The notes: generated by a model not told the origin, from the sequence alone. Positions 1-15,029 are shown, numbered from the stretch's first letter. The stretch is 64,000 nt of DNA from Octopus vulgaris (GCA_951406725.2 OX597842.1:10602001-10666000); one strand, 5' to 3'. Translations and numbers: made by a program.

Positions 1-472
1 TAACATGTTTTCCCTTTGGCATGGGTTGGATGGTTTGACTGAGGCCTTGAGAGTCAGTGGCTGCACCAGGCTCCCGCAATGTGTGGGCTTACGCATCATC
101 ATCACTGCTTAACATCCGTTTTCCCTTTGGCATGGGTTGGATGGTTTGACTGAGGTCTGGGAAGCCAGGCGGCTGCACCAGGCTCCAGTCAAATCTGGCA
201 GTGTTTCTACAGCTGGATGCCCTTCCTAATGCCAACCATTCTGTGAGTATAGTGGGTGCTATTTACATGCCACCGGCACAGAATCAGTCAGGCGAGCCTG
301 GCATTGATCACGTTTGGATAGTGCTTTTTACGTGCTAGTCAGAGGGTACTGGCATTGGCCACATTATTCGAAAAGAGAGAAAGGGAAAGGAAAAAGAGAG
401 AGGAGAGATAAAAAAAAAAGGGAGAGGAGATAAAGAGGGTACTGCTATGATTGAGCCCTTAAGCATACAAAC

Positions 473-619
473 CTCATCGATGGGAGATTCTTCAATAAGT
501 TTGGGAGCATCTGACGACAGGATGCCATGTGTGGCCATCACGTAGATTTTGTAAGCACCTCTGTTCTTCAAAGCCTCGGCTATTTTCACAAATGGTCTCA
601 CTTCATCCACCATATCGTC
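473..619 (-). CDS. PRPSAP2: PRPSAP coding exon 8 ([10 protein letters not shown]...[24 protein letters not shown])
   Basis: 147 nt. TTGCAG acceptor, GAG|GTTTGT donor, phase 0. Confidence 0.95.
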
Positions 620-3305
620 CTGCAAATAATACAACATGAAGATGTCAGAGAATTAAAAAAAAAAAACCATTAACAAATAAATGTTTACGGAGATGTACTT
701 GCATAGCAAGTGACTTGATCTGAGATCATGTGCTGCAACGAAAATGTTTGTTTTGTTAGTCAACCATTTCGTTTTAATTCATGTTCCGAATACCGGCTTA
801 ATTAGGACAAAGTCATTTAAATAAATTCTTCATTATTGCCAAAAACTGAAACAAAGTCTGCGTATTTCTACAGAAATATGCTAAGAAAAGGGTTAAGGTG
901 GTCTAAATTAAGACCTTCGATCAAAATTTCAAGGTAATTTATGTTAATTTATGTTTAATTTATGTTCCAAACACTAGATTAGTAATGACAAAATTATTTT
1001 ACTAAATTCTTCGTAATTTTAAAAATTAATTGAAACAATGGCACCGTATTTCTACAGAAATCATCATCATCATCATTGTTTAACGTCCGCTTTCCATGCT
1101 AGCATGGGTTGGATGACTTGACTGAGGGCTGGCGAACCAGATGGCTGCACCAGGCTTCATTCTTGATCTGGCAGAGCTTCTACAGCTGGATGCCCTTCCT
1201 AACGCCAACCACTCCGAGAGTGTAGTGGGTGCTTTTACATGCCACTGGCACGGGGCCAGTCAGGTGGTACTGGTAATGGCCACGCTCAAGTGGTGTTTTT
1301 TACGTGCCACCTGCACAGGAGCCAGTCCAGTAGCACTGGCAACGACCCCGCTCGAATGTTGTTTTTCACATGCCACTGGCACAAGTTACCAGTAAGGTGA
1401 CGCTGGTAATGATCACGCTCAAATGATGCTTTTTACACCACCGGCACGGAAGCCAGAGAGATGCTCTGTTCTGAAATATTTTAGTGATTCTGTCTGATAG
1501 TTTACCTATGATGAACAAGTCTGGTAGTTGAGAGAGCAATCTCTAGGAACAAATAAACTTATATATCGAGACATTATTGTATATATAAATTTTTCTTATT
1601 CTAAATGATCTGGAGATTGTTTTTACTTAACATAAATTATTCTTTACATTCTGGTGTTGTTTTATTGCCATTTATTTACAAATAAAGTGTAGTGGGTGCT
1701 TTTATGTGCCACCGGCACAAGGGCCAGTCAGACGGTACTGGCAACGGCCACGCTCGAAATGGTGTTTTTTATGTGCTCCATTTGAGCGTAGCTGTTGCCA
1801 TAATAATAATAATAATAATGATATAATAATAATAATGATATCATCATCATCATTTAACGTCCGCTTTCCATGCTAGCATGGGTTGGATGATTTTGACTGA
1901 GGACTGGCGAACCAGATGGCTGCACCAGACTCCAATCTTGATCTGGCAGAGTTTCTACAGCTGGATGCCCTTCCAAACGCCAACCACTCTGAGAGAGTCG
2001 TGGGTGCTTTTATGTGCCACTGGCACGAGGGCCAGTCTGGTGGTACTGGCAACGGCCACGCTCGAAATGGTGTTTTTTACATGCCACCTGCACAGGAGCC
2101 AGTCCAGCGACACTGGCAACGACCTCGCTCGAATGTTTTTTCACGTGCCACCGGCACAAGTGTCAGTAAGGCAACACTTGTAATTATCACGCTCGAATGG
2201 TGCTTTTTACGTGCCACTGGTATGGAAGCCATCGCCCTTACTTCAGTTTTTGGTCGATAAGGACCAGAAGTTCTTTGAGTGCAGAATCATGAAGTTGCCA
2301 GAAAGATGGCAAAAGGTCATCAAAGAAAATGGAAAATATATAATTGATTAAAGTCCATTCTTAGTATGAAAAACAAATGACCAAAAAACTGAAACACTAA
2401 AAACACTGAAATATGCTTTAAAAAAAAGGGTTAAAGTGATTTAAATTAAAACTTTCCTTCAAAATTTTATGTTAATTTATGTTTAATTTATGTTAATTTA
2501 TGTTAATTTATGTGTAATTTATGTATAATTTATGTTTCAAACGCCAGATTAATAATGTCAAAATTAACTGAAATTTTGATTGGGAGGTTTTAATTGAAAT
2601 TACTTTGGGATAAGTTAGAATCAAAAAAGGGTCGTTGCAACCTACCACAATAATGGCGATTCGGCCTCCTACGTCACCAACCACATTTAGAGGGGGTTTT
2701 TCTTTAGCTTGTAGCACTGCAGAAAAGACAAACAGACAGACATAGAATGCGTGTACGTATGTATACATATACATACAAATATGTAATTGTAAGATACGAA
2801 GGTGTTGGTGTTGGTGATGATGATGATGGTGGTGATGATGATGATAATGACGATGATGATGATTGTAATGATAATGATGGTGATTGTGGTAATGACGATG
2901 ATGATAATGGTGATGATGATGATGGTGGTAATGACGATGATGATAATGGTGATGATGATGATGGTGGTAATGACGATGATGATAATGGTGATGATGATGA
3001 TGATGACAGAGATGATGATGATGGTGATGATGATGATGATGGTGGTAATGACGATGATGATAATGGTGATGATGATGGTGGTAATGATGATGATGACAGA
3101 GATGATGATGGTGGTAATGACAATGATGATAATGGTGATGACGATGGTGATGATGATGATGGTGGTAATGACGATGATGATAATGGTGATGATGATGATG
3201 GTAGATGATGATGATGATGATGATGATGGTGGTGATGATGATGATGATGATGATGATGACAGAGATAATGATGATGATGATGATGACAGAGATGATGATG
3301 ACAGA

Positions 3306-3336
<31 letters not shown>

Positions 3337-6300
3337 GTGATGGTGGTGGTAATGACGATGATGATGATGGTGATGATGATGATGATGGTAATGACGATGA
3401 TGATAATGGTGATGATGACGATGATGATGATGGTAATGATGATGATAATGATGGTGATGACGATGATGATGATGGTGATGATGATGATGGTGATGACCAT
3501 AATGGTGATGATGATGATGGTGATGATAATGATGACAATAGCAAGAACATCTACAGCGGAGGACATACTTGGCAGGTACTCCAGTTCGTAGATCAGCCGG
3601 CCGCGGTCCTGACCAGGTAAAGGGGGTGAGTTGCGGCCATCCTCGCTGTTAGCCTCTTTCTCCTCACCATGGATCACAGCAATGCCCAGGCCTAGACGCT
3701 CTGCATACGACGTGACACGCTTCACCGAATTTGCGTTGCGAGAGACGATGACGGCATTACGGTAGTCTGGGATCTGAAAATGACAAGAAGAAACAGTAGA
3801 AGAATTTGTATATATATATATATATATATATAGGCATAGGAGTGGCTGTGTGGTAAGTAGCTTGCTTACCAACCACATGGTTCCGGGTTCAGTCCCACTG
3901 CATGGCACCATGAGCAAATGTCTCCTACTAGAGATCTGGGAGACTCGTTAGCATGCTGGATGAAATGCTTAGTGGTATTTCATCAGCCGCTACGTTCTGA
4001 GTTCAAATTCCACCGAGGTCGACTTTGCCTTTCCTTCTTTCGGGGTCGATAAATTAAGTACCAGTTATGAACTGGGGTCGATATAATCAGCTTAATCTGT
4101 TTGTCTGTCCTTGTTTGTCCCCTCTGTGTTTAGCCCCTTGTGGGTAGTAAAGAAATAGGTATTTCGCATGTCGCTATGTTCTGAGTTCAAATTCCGCCGA
4201 GGTTGAATTTGCCTTTCATCCTTTCCGGGTCAATTAAATAAGTACCAGTGAAACATTGGGGGTTGATCTAATCGACTGGCCCCCTTTCCAAAAATTTCAG
4301 ATCAGGCCTTGTGTCTATAGTAGAAAGGATTATTATTATTATTATTATTATTAGCAAAAAAAGAAGAGTGCCTTTGTTACCAAGTGAATGATATTTCTGC
4401 AGGAGTCACCTCAATCCTATAAGTATTACCAAAATTAAATAGATTAACAAGTTTATTTTTTGAACCTGTGGAAGACGCACAACATGTCGAAATATCGTTC
4501 ACTAGATAACAATGGCATTAGTTTTTTTTTTTGCTTCTATATCTGCTGGAGGAGTTACCTCAATCCTATATTATTATTATTATTGTTGTTGTTTGTCCCC
4601 TCTGTGTTTAGCCTCTTGTGGGTAGTAAAGAAATAATTATTTCGTCTGTCGTTACGTTCTGAGTTCAAATTCTGCCGAGGTCGACTTTGCCTGTCATCCA
4701 TTTTTGGGAATGATAAATAAGTACCAGCTGATTACTGGGGTTCTTGTAACTGACTTACCACATCCCTTGAACTTGCCGGCCTTGTTGTCATTATTATCAT
4801 TATTATTACTATTATTATTACTATTACTATTACTATTATTATTATTATTATTACTATCATTATTATTATTATAAATACTTAGCAGTATTTCTTCCAACTT
4901 GTTACGTTCAGAGTTCAAATTCTGCCGAGGTCGACTTCGCCTTGCATCCTTTTCTTAGGAGTGATAAACTGAGTACCAGTTACGTACTGGGGTCGATGTA
5001 ATCGACTAGTCCCCTCCCCCAAAATTTCAAGCCTTGTGCCAAAAGTAGAAAGGGTTATTGTAGGTAGTGATAAAAGGGTGCAGTTGGTCATGATGTTGGA
5101 GTCAACTGTGCTGAAATCCTTGAACTTACACACACATATACATCATGCTTTCTGGTTTTCTCTCCCACCGTTCCCTATTCTTCTCTCCTCTTCACCGTTC
5201 CCTCTCTCTCACTCCTCCTCGACTCTCTCATCCCTGACACGTGACGAAAGATAATCTCTCTTCCTGCCCACAACCTTCGTAAAGAAAAAACGTGCCTATA
5301 CTGTCTCCCTCTTAAGCATTCATAATTTTTGCTATCGTCTCGACTTAACGACCCTCACCGTTTGTTTTTACTATCCTGTTCTTGTTACCACTTTCCCCCT
5401 CTGCAAAAAATCCCAAATTTTATTTAATTTGCTTTGCGGGAAGGACTGTTGCAACGAAGTCGCATCTCGCCCTTGCCTTCGAAACGCGGAGTAGATGAAA
5501 CAGGGACAACAACTGAAGAAGGGGAATATTCTTTATGTTGCATATCTCGTTTCTCTGTTTGTTTTTATCGTTGTTCCAAAAAAAGTTCGTTTCCATGTCT
5601 TTGTTTTTATGTTTTCATTTCTCATTGTGTTCAACATTTTTTTGATGTCCTGTACCCATATATGCATGTATATATACATATATATGTAGGTATGTACATA
5701 AAGGGTAAAGACCCCCTTCGGTCATGAGTGACCATGGGTTTGCACCTAGAGAGTTACCCTCTGAGGCACAAGTCTGGGCAAAGTTGTTTTTATGGAAGAC
5801 CAGTAGTCGCCCATGCATACCAGCCTCCCCTCTCCACGCCACCAGTGTTATCCAAGGGAAAGACAAAGGTCGATACAGCTTGGCACCAGTGACGTCGCAA
5901 CTCATTTCTACAGCTGAGTGAACTGGAGCAACGTGAAATAAAGTGCCTTGCTCAAGAACACAACACGCAGCCCGGTCCGGGATTCGAGCTCACAACCTCA
6001 CGATCGTAAGCTCGACGCTCTAACCACTGAGCCATGCGATATGTATGTATATATGCATATATTTATATATTATTTATATTATTATTATTATAGTGGCTGT
6101 GTGGTAAGTAGCTTGCTTATCAACCACATGGTTCCGGGTTCAGTCCTACTGCGTGACACCTTGGGCAAGTGTCTTCTACTAGTGCCTTGGGCCGACCAAA
6201 GCCTTGTGAGTGGATTTGGTAGACGGAAACTGAAAGAAGCCCGTCGTATATATGTATATATATGTGTGTGTGTGTGTGTGTGTTTGTTTGAGTGTCTGTG

Positions 6301-9300
6301 TTTGTACCCCCAACATCACTTGACAACCGATGCTGGTGTGTTTACATCCCCGTAGCTTAGTAGTTCGGCAAAAGAGACCGATAGAATAAGTACTGGGTAT
6401 CCAAAGAATAACTCCTGGGGTCGATTTGCTCGACTAAAGGCGGTGCTCCAGCAGAAAAAAAAAAATATATATATATGCACACAAACAAACAGCAAAAGAC
6501 CTCCCAGCTTATGTCAGGGGTGGTAGTCACTTACCGATTCTATGATGTATTGAATGAGGAACGGTGATGCCCTTAAATTGTCTACAGGAACATTGAAGAA
6601 CCCTTGGATTTCCTTCTGGTGTAGATCCATTGTGATGATGTGCGTAAAACCTAGGAGAGAGACACAGAGAAAGATTTTTGAAAGGATGGCATGTGATGTG
6701 CATAAAATAAGGAACAGCATGCCAAAAAAAGGGGTCAATGAAGAAAACGCTGACATGCAGTGAAATATTGTAATTCATAAAAATACAACTGAATGGAAAT
6801 GTTTTGAATAAGAGCAAAAATGGTTGTGTGGTAAGAAGCTTGCTTTGCTTCCAACCACATAGTTCTGGGTTCAGTCCCACTGCGTGGCAAGTGTTTTCTA
6901 CTATAGCCGTGGGCTGACCAAATGCCTTGTGAGTGGATTTGGTGATGGAAACTGGAAGAAGCCCATAGTATGTGTGTGTGTGTGTGTAGGCGTTGGTGTG
7001 GCTGTATGGTAAGAAGCTTGCTTCCCAACCACATGGTTCTGGGTTCAGTCCCACTGTGTGGTACCTTGGGCAAATATCTTCTACTATAGCCTTGGGCTGA
7101 CCAAAGCCTTGTGAGTGGACTTGGTAGATGGAAACTGGAAAGAAGCCACTCATGTGTGTGTTATGGCTATCTGTGTGTGCCTGTGTTGGTCCTCCTCACC
7201 ATCGCTTGACAACCGATGTTGGTGTGTTTACATCCCCTTAACTTAGCAGTGCACCAAAAGAGACCAATAGAATAAATACCAGGCTAAAGGGAAGAAAAAT
7301 AAGTACTGGGGTCGAATCGGCCAACTGAAATTTTTCAAGGTGCTGCCCCAGCATGGCCAAAGTCTCAATGACTGTAACAGGAGAAAGACAAAAAGACAAC
7401 AACTACTATAGCCACTAATACTAGCTACTATACATTAGATAATGTAGTCCTAGATACACTATGCCTGAATAAAAGATGGGAGGGTCACAGCTGGAACGTC
7501 TTTGATCATGGGTCTGTCTGGATCAGGACTGACCTGGGGTTAAACAACAACAGCTATAACCACTAATACTAACTACTATACTATACATTAGATAATGTAG
7601 TCCTAGATACACTATGCCTGAATGAAAGATGGGATAGTCACAGCTGGAACGTCTTTGATCATAGGTCTGTCTGGATCATCACCAACACACTAGATTACAG
7701 CATAATACAAGAGAATCAAATCCCTACCTGATCTTGATAACATGGTAGCCAAAAGCTTGCAAGCGATGGATCCTCGCTTCCTCATCTTGCTTTGTTGTGA
7801 GTAGGGTAGGTAGGGTAACACCCCGACGATGTTCCGAGCACAGCTCGTCTTGCAGGCATAAGAGATAATCATCAGCTCCCATATGTCGTTGTTGACTTCC
7901 CTGTAAATGGACGGGACGGAGAGAAGATGTGTGTAGATTGAGGGTAAGATAGATTAATTTGTTAGACAGAGAGATAGGTAGATAGGTAGATAGATAGATA
8001 GATAGATAAAGAGACAGACAGACAGATAGATAGATAGACAGACAGCTAGCTAGCTAGATAAATTGATAGATAGATAGATATGTTTCTTTATTAGCCACAC
8101 AGGGCTGCACACAGATAGAACAAATTACAAGGTAGAGCTTTTCTTTTGAAGGTTTAAAAAAAAAAAAAAAAAAAAGGAAGGGGCAGTTTCGATCAAAAGG
8201 GATCGTAAAAGGAGAGAAAGACGACAAAAAAAAAGGGGGAGAGGAAAAAAAAAAAAAATTGATCAATAGGGATCGTTATCACAGAAATGTCAATATGAAG
8301 TGTAAAGGGGAGGACAGGTGAGGTTTACCCGTGGAAAGAAAAGCCTACGGAAAAGACCACGGTAACCTCGGTCAATGGAGTCACATGTTATATTTCTTTT
8401 TTTTTTTTTTTTTTTTTTTTGCAAATAAGCAACTCTCTGTTTTCGATTTCTGGGTTCATAGGACTATGCTCAAGGTGGCTTCGTCATTCATACGTGCCAT
8501 TCTTGCTACATTCACCCATCTTTTTTTAAAACATTCGCTAGACAAAACTTGCCTCTCTACTCTCACTTTCCTTTTCAAGTGGTACTTGAAGAAGTTGATG
8601 AGAGATTGACCAGAGAGGAAAGTGTTTGTCTCCAATCCTTTCAGACGCGTCCACCAGATACATTCTTTCGCCATAGCCACAAGGATGATGAAAATAGCTC
8701 TTCCTTCCTGTTTGAAGGAGGGAGGCGTGACAATATTGACGATAGACTCAGCTGATAAACCGACTCGTCCCACACGTGACAGCAGTTGTTCGACACAAGC
8801 CCACAGGTCGGAAATTGTTGGACACTGCACGAGTGCGTGCAGAACGGTTTCGTCGCTCTGACCGCATCTCGGGCAGGTCGGCCCCGTGTTTCTCGAGCCG
8901 TGTCTGTAGAGCTTATCCCGAACGGGTAGCGCTTCTCGGTAGCACTGCCAGGCCAGGGATCTCTGGAAGTTGTCCATGGGCCCTGGCCCGAAAGTCGTCC
9001 TGAACAGGCGGGTCAGGTACTCCTCGTCGACGTCCAGGTTCGCCCCGAGCTCGTCGTCGTACCTCCCCTCCACTAAACCCCTATAGAATGCTTTGGTTGT
9101 GTTGAAGTCACTCAAGGTCGACCCAGGACGGCAGAGTTGCTTGAGAGCAACGCGACACTCACGGTGCCTGGATAGATAGATAGATAGATGGATAAATAGA
9201 TAGAAAGATAGGTAGATAGATAGGTAGACAGATAGATAGACAGACAGATAGAAAGATAGATAGACAGATAGATAGACAGATAGATAGATAGATAGACATA

Positions 9301-9545
9301 TAGATAGGTAGATAGACAGATAGATAGATAGATAGATAGATAGACAGCTAGCTAGCTAGATAAATTGATAGATAGATAGATATATAGATGGATAGATAGA
9401 TAGATGGATAAATAGATAGAAAGATAGGTAGATAGATAGGTAGACAGATAGATAGACAGACAGATAGAAAGATAGATAGATAGACAGATAGATAGACAGA
9501 TAGACAGACAGATAGATAGATAGACAGATAGATAGGTAGATAGAC

Positions 9546-9584
<39 letters not shown>

Positions 9585-12500
9585 CAGCTAGCTAGCTAGA
9601 TAAATTGATAGATAGATAGATAGATGGATAGATAGATAGATAGATAGATGGATAAATAGATAGAAAGATAGGTAGATAGATAGACAGACAGATAGAAAGA
9701 CAGATAGAAAGATAGATAGATAGACAGACAGATAGACAGACAGATAGATAGACAGATAGATAGACAGATAGATAGATAAACAGACAGAGAGATAGATAAA
9801 CAGATAGATAGATAGATAGATAAGTAGATAGATAGATATATAGATAGATATATATAGGTAGATAGATAGATAGACAGATAGGTAGATAGATAGATAAACA
9901 GATAGATAGATATGTTTCTTTAATAGTCACACAGGGTTGAACACAAAGGGGACAAATTACAAAGTAGAGCTTTTCTTTTAGGGGAGGAAAAAAAAGGCGT
10001 GGGTAGGTCTTTGGTCAAAAGGGATCGTAAAAAGGAGAAAGGGAAAAAAAATGATCAGTAGGGATCATGTATCACAGAAATGTCAGGATGTAAAGCGTAA
10101 AGGGGGAAACAGATATGGTTTATCCGTGGAAAGAAAAGCCTAGATAGATAGACTGATAGACAGACAAATGAGTGAGACCTTTGGAGATATGATGTGCTTG
10201 AGAAGAAAACCCATCAAGCCAAGTGAAATCATAGTCGTGAGAGATATGGGTGCCATGCAACTGGTACCCATGCCAGTGGCACGTAAAAGCACTCATTACA
10301 CTCTCAGAGTGGTTGGCATTAGGAAGGGCATCCAGCTGTAGAAACCATACCAAAGCAGACTGGAGTCTGGTGCAGATAGACAGACAGACAGAGGTAGATA
10401 GACATAGACATAGATAGACAGATAGAGAGATAGCGGGGTCATTCCGAAAAGCTCTATCTGCGACGATTTCATCTCAATCGAAGGAGAGGGGCTTCCTCCG
10501 TCCGGGTTGCAGATCTGTGGAATAAGCTGCCGGACGAGATAGTGAAGATGCCGACGACTGCTCGGTTCAAAGTCTCCCTTGACCAGAAATGGCCTGAACT
10601 CTTTGCATGAACACCCTCCCTGTACATAACTCCATGTCCCCCTACATGGCCTTGCTTTTTACTTTTTGAGCCAAATAATTAACTTAACTTAACTAACCTG
10701 TACAGCTAAGCGCTTTATAAATGCAAGACTGATGGTAAATGACCATAACAAATGACCTTCTAAATATAAATATAGGCATAGGGGTGGCTGTGTGGTAAGA
10801 CGCTCGACCTTTATTCTCTATAGAGGGGCTTTCTCTGTCCGGGTTGCGGATCCGTGGAATAAGCTGCCGGACGAGATAGTGAAGATGCCGACGACCGCTC
10901 GGTTCAAAGTCTCTCTTGACCAGAAATGGCCTGAACTCTTTGCATGAACACCCTCCCTGTACATAACTCCATGTCCCCCTACATGGCCTTGCTTTTTGCT
11001 TTTGAGCCATAAAAATTAACAAATTAACTAAATTAACTAACTGACAGACAGATAGATAGACAGACTGACAGTCAAATGACTGAGCACTTCCGTGATATGA
11101 TGTGCTTGAGAAGAAAACCCATCAAGCCAAGTGAAATCATAGTCGTGAGAGATACGGGTGTCATACAAATGGCACCTGTGCCAGTGGCACATAAAATCAC
11201 CCATTACACTCTCAGAGTGGTTGGCCACACAGGGTTGAACACAGAGGGGACAAACTACAAAGTAGAGCCTTTCTTTTAGGGGAGAAAAAAAAAGGCGGGG
11301 GTAGGTTTTTGGTCAAAAGGGATCGTAAAAAAGGAAGGGCATCCAGCTGTAGAAACCATGCCAAATCAGATTGGAGTCTGGTGCAGCCCCTCAGCTTACT
11401 AGCCCTGGTCAAATAGACAGATTGACAGAGACAGATAGACAGAGATAGAGAGATAGACAGATAGATAGGCAGGCAGACAGACGGATAAACAGACAGATAG
11501 CTAGATAGACAGACATGGCATCCATGCCAGTGGCACATAAAAGCACCCATTACCCTCTCAGAGTGGTTGGCATTAGGAAGGTCATCCAGCTGTAGAAACA
11601 CTGCCAAATCAAACTGGAGTCTGGTGCAGTCCCTCAGCTTACTAGCCCTGGTCAAACTGTCCAACTCATGTTAGCATGGACAACGACAATAGATAGAGAC
11701 CACAGGGTAAGCGCTTGAGGCCATACTGCACACCGAACACAACAGCACATGCTGAGGAGGACACTACATGCTACAACCTGTACCAGAGACCACAGCACAC
11801 ACTGGACACCGTAGCGCAAGTGGGACACCATAGCGCAAGTGGGACACCATAGCGCAAGTGGGACACCATAGCGCAAGTGGGACACCATAGCACACATCGG
11901 AGACCCTCACCACCCTTCACGCACACTGTACATCAGAGACCACCACCACACACACGCATATCCTCAAACCAGAGGTCACCTACTTACTTTGTTGCTGTCT
12001 GAAGGATGTAGACATCTTTGCCTCGGACTGATTCTTTGATTTCAACATTGGTCTCTGCAAAGACACACAGACAAATATTTGGTGAGTGCTCTCTTTATTT
12101 TCATTCTTCATTATCATTATTATTGTTGTTGTTATTAGTATTAGTGTTGTTGTTGTTATTATTATTATTATTGTTGTTATTATCATTATTATTATTGTTG
12201 TTATTATTATTATCATCATCATCATTATTATTGTTATTATTATCATCATCATCATCGGAATCGAAATTGAACCAATCCTATGACTGGCACCCCGCAGATG
12301 CCAGGACCCCACCATCCGTAAAAAGCACCATCCAAATCGTGGCCGATGCCAGCGCTGCCTCGACTGGCTTCCGTGTCGGTGGCACATAAAAAGCACCATC
12401 CGAATCGTGGCCGAAGCCAGTGCCGCCTCGACTGGCTTCCGTGCAGGTGGCACGTAAAATGCACCATCCAAATCGTGGCCGATGCCAGCGCTGCCTCGAC

Positions 12501-15029
12501 TGGCTTCCGTGTCGGTGGCATGTAAAAAGCACCATCCGAATCGTGGCCGAAGCCAGTGCTGCCTCGACTGGCTTCCGTGCCGGTGGCACGTAAAATGCAC
12601 CAATCCGACCGTGGCCGTTGCCAGCCTCGCCTGGCACCAGTGCCGGTGGCATGTAAAAAGCACCCACTGCACTCACGGAGTGGTTGACATTAGGAAGGGC
12701 ATCCAGCTGTAGAAACATTGCCAGATCAGACTGGAGCCTGGTGCAGCCTTCTGGCTTCCCAGATCCCCGGTCGAACCGTCCAACCCATGCTAGCATGGAG
12801 AACGGACGTTAAACGATGATGATGATCATCATCATCATTATTTTTATTATTATTATCATCAAGCTGTTCCGTTGATCAGATCAACTGGAACCCTCATCAT
12901 CATAACCGACGGAGTTCCACGTATGTTTGTGTGAGGGAGCACCTCTTTCCCCATGGCTTCGTGTGTGTTCACTAACTGCGAACAATAACCTCGCTTCTAA
13001 TACACACGGCATCGTTTACGTGCAGTCTGCCGTGAAAGAGTGTCTGGGCTTCAAAAAATGTTTTGACATGTTGAGGCAGGTGTGGGTTTATAAGACGTTT
13101 GTTTTCCAACCACCTGGTTCCATGTTCAGTCCCACTGCATGACACCTTGGGCAAGTGTCTTCTATTATAGCCTCGGGCCAACCAAAACTCTTGTGAATGG
13201 ATTTGGTAGAAGGAAACTAAAAGAAACCCATCATATATATATATATATATATCACCGTGACCGACCAGGCTATCAGATGTAGCTACACATCGCTGGTCAC
13301 AATGCGTTTTGCATTGTTTTAGCCTTCAAATGACGCCACCCCGCTGGCTAAGCGAGAAGAAAGAGTGAGAGAAAGTTGTGGCGAAAGAGTACAGCAGGGA
13401 TCGCCACCTCCCCCTGCCGGAGCCTCATGTGGCTTTAGGTGTTTTCGCTCAATAAACACTCACAACGCCCGGTCTGGGAATCGAAATCGCAATCCTACAA
13501 CCCTGAGTCCGCTGCCCTAACCACTGGGCCATTGCACCTCCATTATATATATATATATATATATAGATAGATAGATAGATATAGGCACAGACATGGCTGT
13601 GTCGTAAGAAGCTTGCTTCCCAACCACATGGTTCCGGGTTCAGTCCCACGGAGTGGTACCTTGGGCAAGTGTCTTCTACTATGCTCTCTGAAACACCAGT
13701 CTTAGGAGTGGATTTCGTAGACAGAAACTGAAAGCAGCCTGTTGTGTGTGTATATCTGTGTGTGTGTGTGCACGCACACGCACGTATGCATACTCTTTAC
13801 TTGTTTCAGTCATTTGACTGCGGCCATGCTGGAGCACTGCCTTTAGTCGAGCAAATCGACCCCAGGACTTATTCTTTGCAAGCCTAGTACTTATTCTATC
13901 GGTCTCTTTTGCCAAACCGCTAAGTGACGGGGACGTAAACACACCAGCATCAGTTGTCAAGCAATGTTGGGGGAACAAACACAGACACACAAACATATAC
14001 ACACACACATATACACACACACTTATATATATATATACGACAGGCTTCTTTCAGTTTCCGTCTACCAAATCCACTCACAAGGCTTTGGTCAGCCCGAGGC
14101 TATAGCAGAAGACACTTGCCCAAGGTGCCACGCAGTGGAACTGAACCCGGAACCATGTGGTTGGTAAGCAAGCTACTTACCACACAGCCACTCCTGCGCC
14201 TATTGTATGCATGTGCGTACAATATTAAGGATCAGGAGAGAATTCCAAATTTTATGTATCATCTGATGAAAATGGTTTTTTTTACTAAAATGTAATGTAC
14301 TCATTCATCTTTGAAAAAACGCATTAGAAACAGCTGTAAGGTGCTGACATTTATCCATTGTTTGTTATCTATTTATTATACACACACACACACATATACA
14401 GAAACAGAGAGAGATAGACAAATAGAGAGAGAAATAGATAGACAGACACATATATACAGAGAGAGAGAGAGAGATAGACAAATAGATAGACTGACGGACA
14501 GACAGACAGACAGATAGATAGATAGACAGACACATATATACAGAGAGAGAGGGAGATAGACAGATAGATAGACAGATAGATAGATAGGAGAGAGAAAGAG
14601 ATAGACAGATAGATAGGAGAGAGAAAGAGATAGACAGATAGATAGATAGATAGACAGACACATATATATAGAGAGAGGGAGATAGACAGACAGACAGAGT
14701 TATAGAGAGACAGATACACTGATAGATAGATAGGTAGGCAGATAGAAAGATAGATAGACGGACCGACAGATAGATAGACAGACAGATAGACGGACAGACA
14801 GATAACTAAAAGTATGGCACTTACCCCTGTCACTCTTGTGATAAGCCCTCATGTCTCCCAGCTTGATACCGAGACGACTATTCAAAGAGAAAGAAAAAGA
14901 CAAAAGTATAAAACACATCAGAACTGTCAGAACATAGCTGCTACACCACAAGCAGAATAACAAACACAGCCCCTAAGTTATCGAAACTATACGGGCTCAG
15001 CTCCCACCATATATATATATATATAAAAA

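Noticed and set aside
2687-3620. Long poly-Ser, poly-Asp and poly-Met ORFs
   Set aside because: They are alternative frames of a trinucleotide repeat inside an intron.
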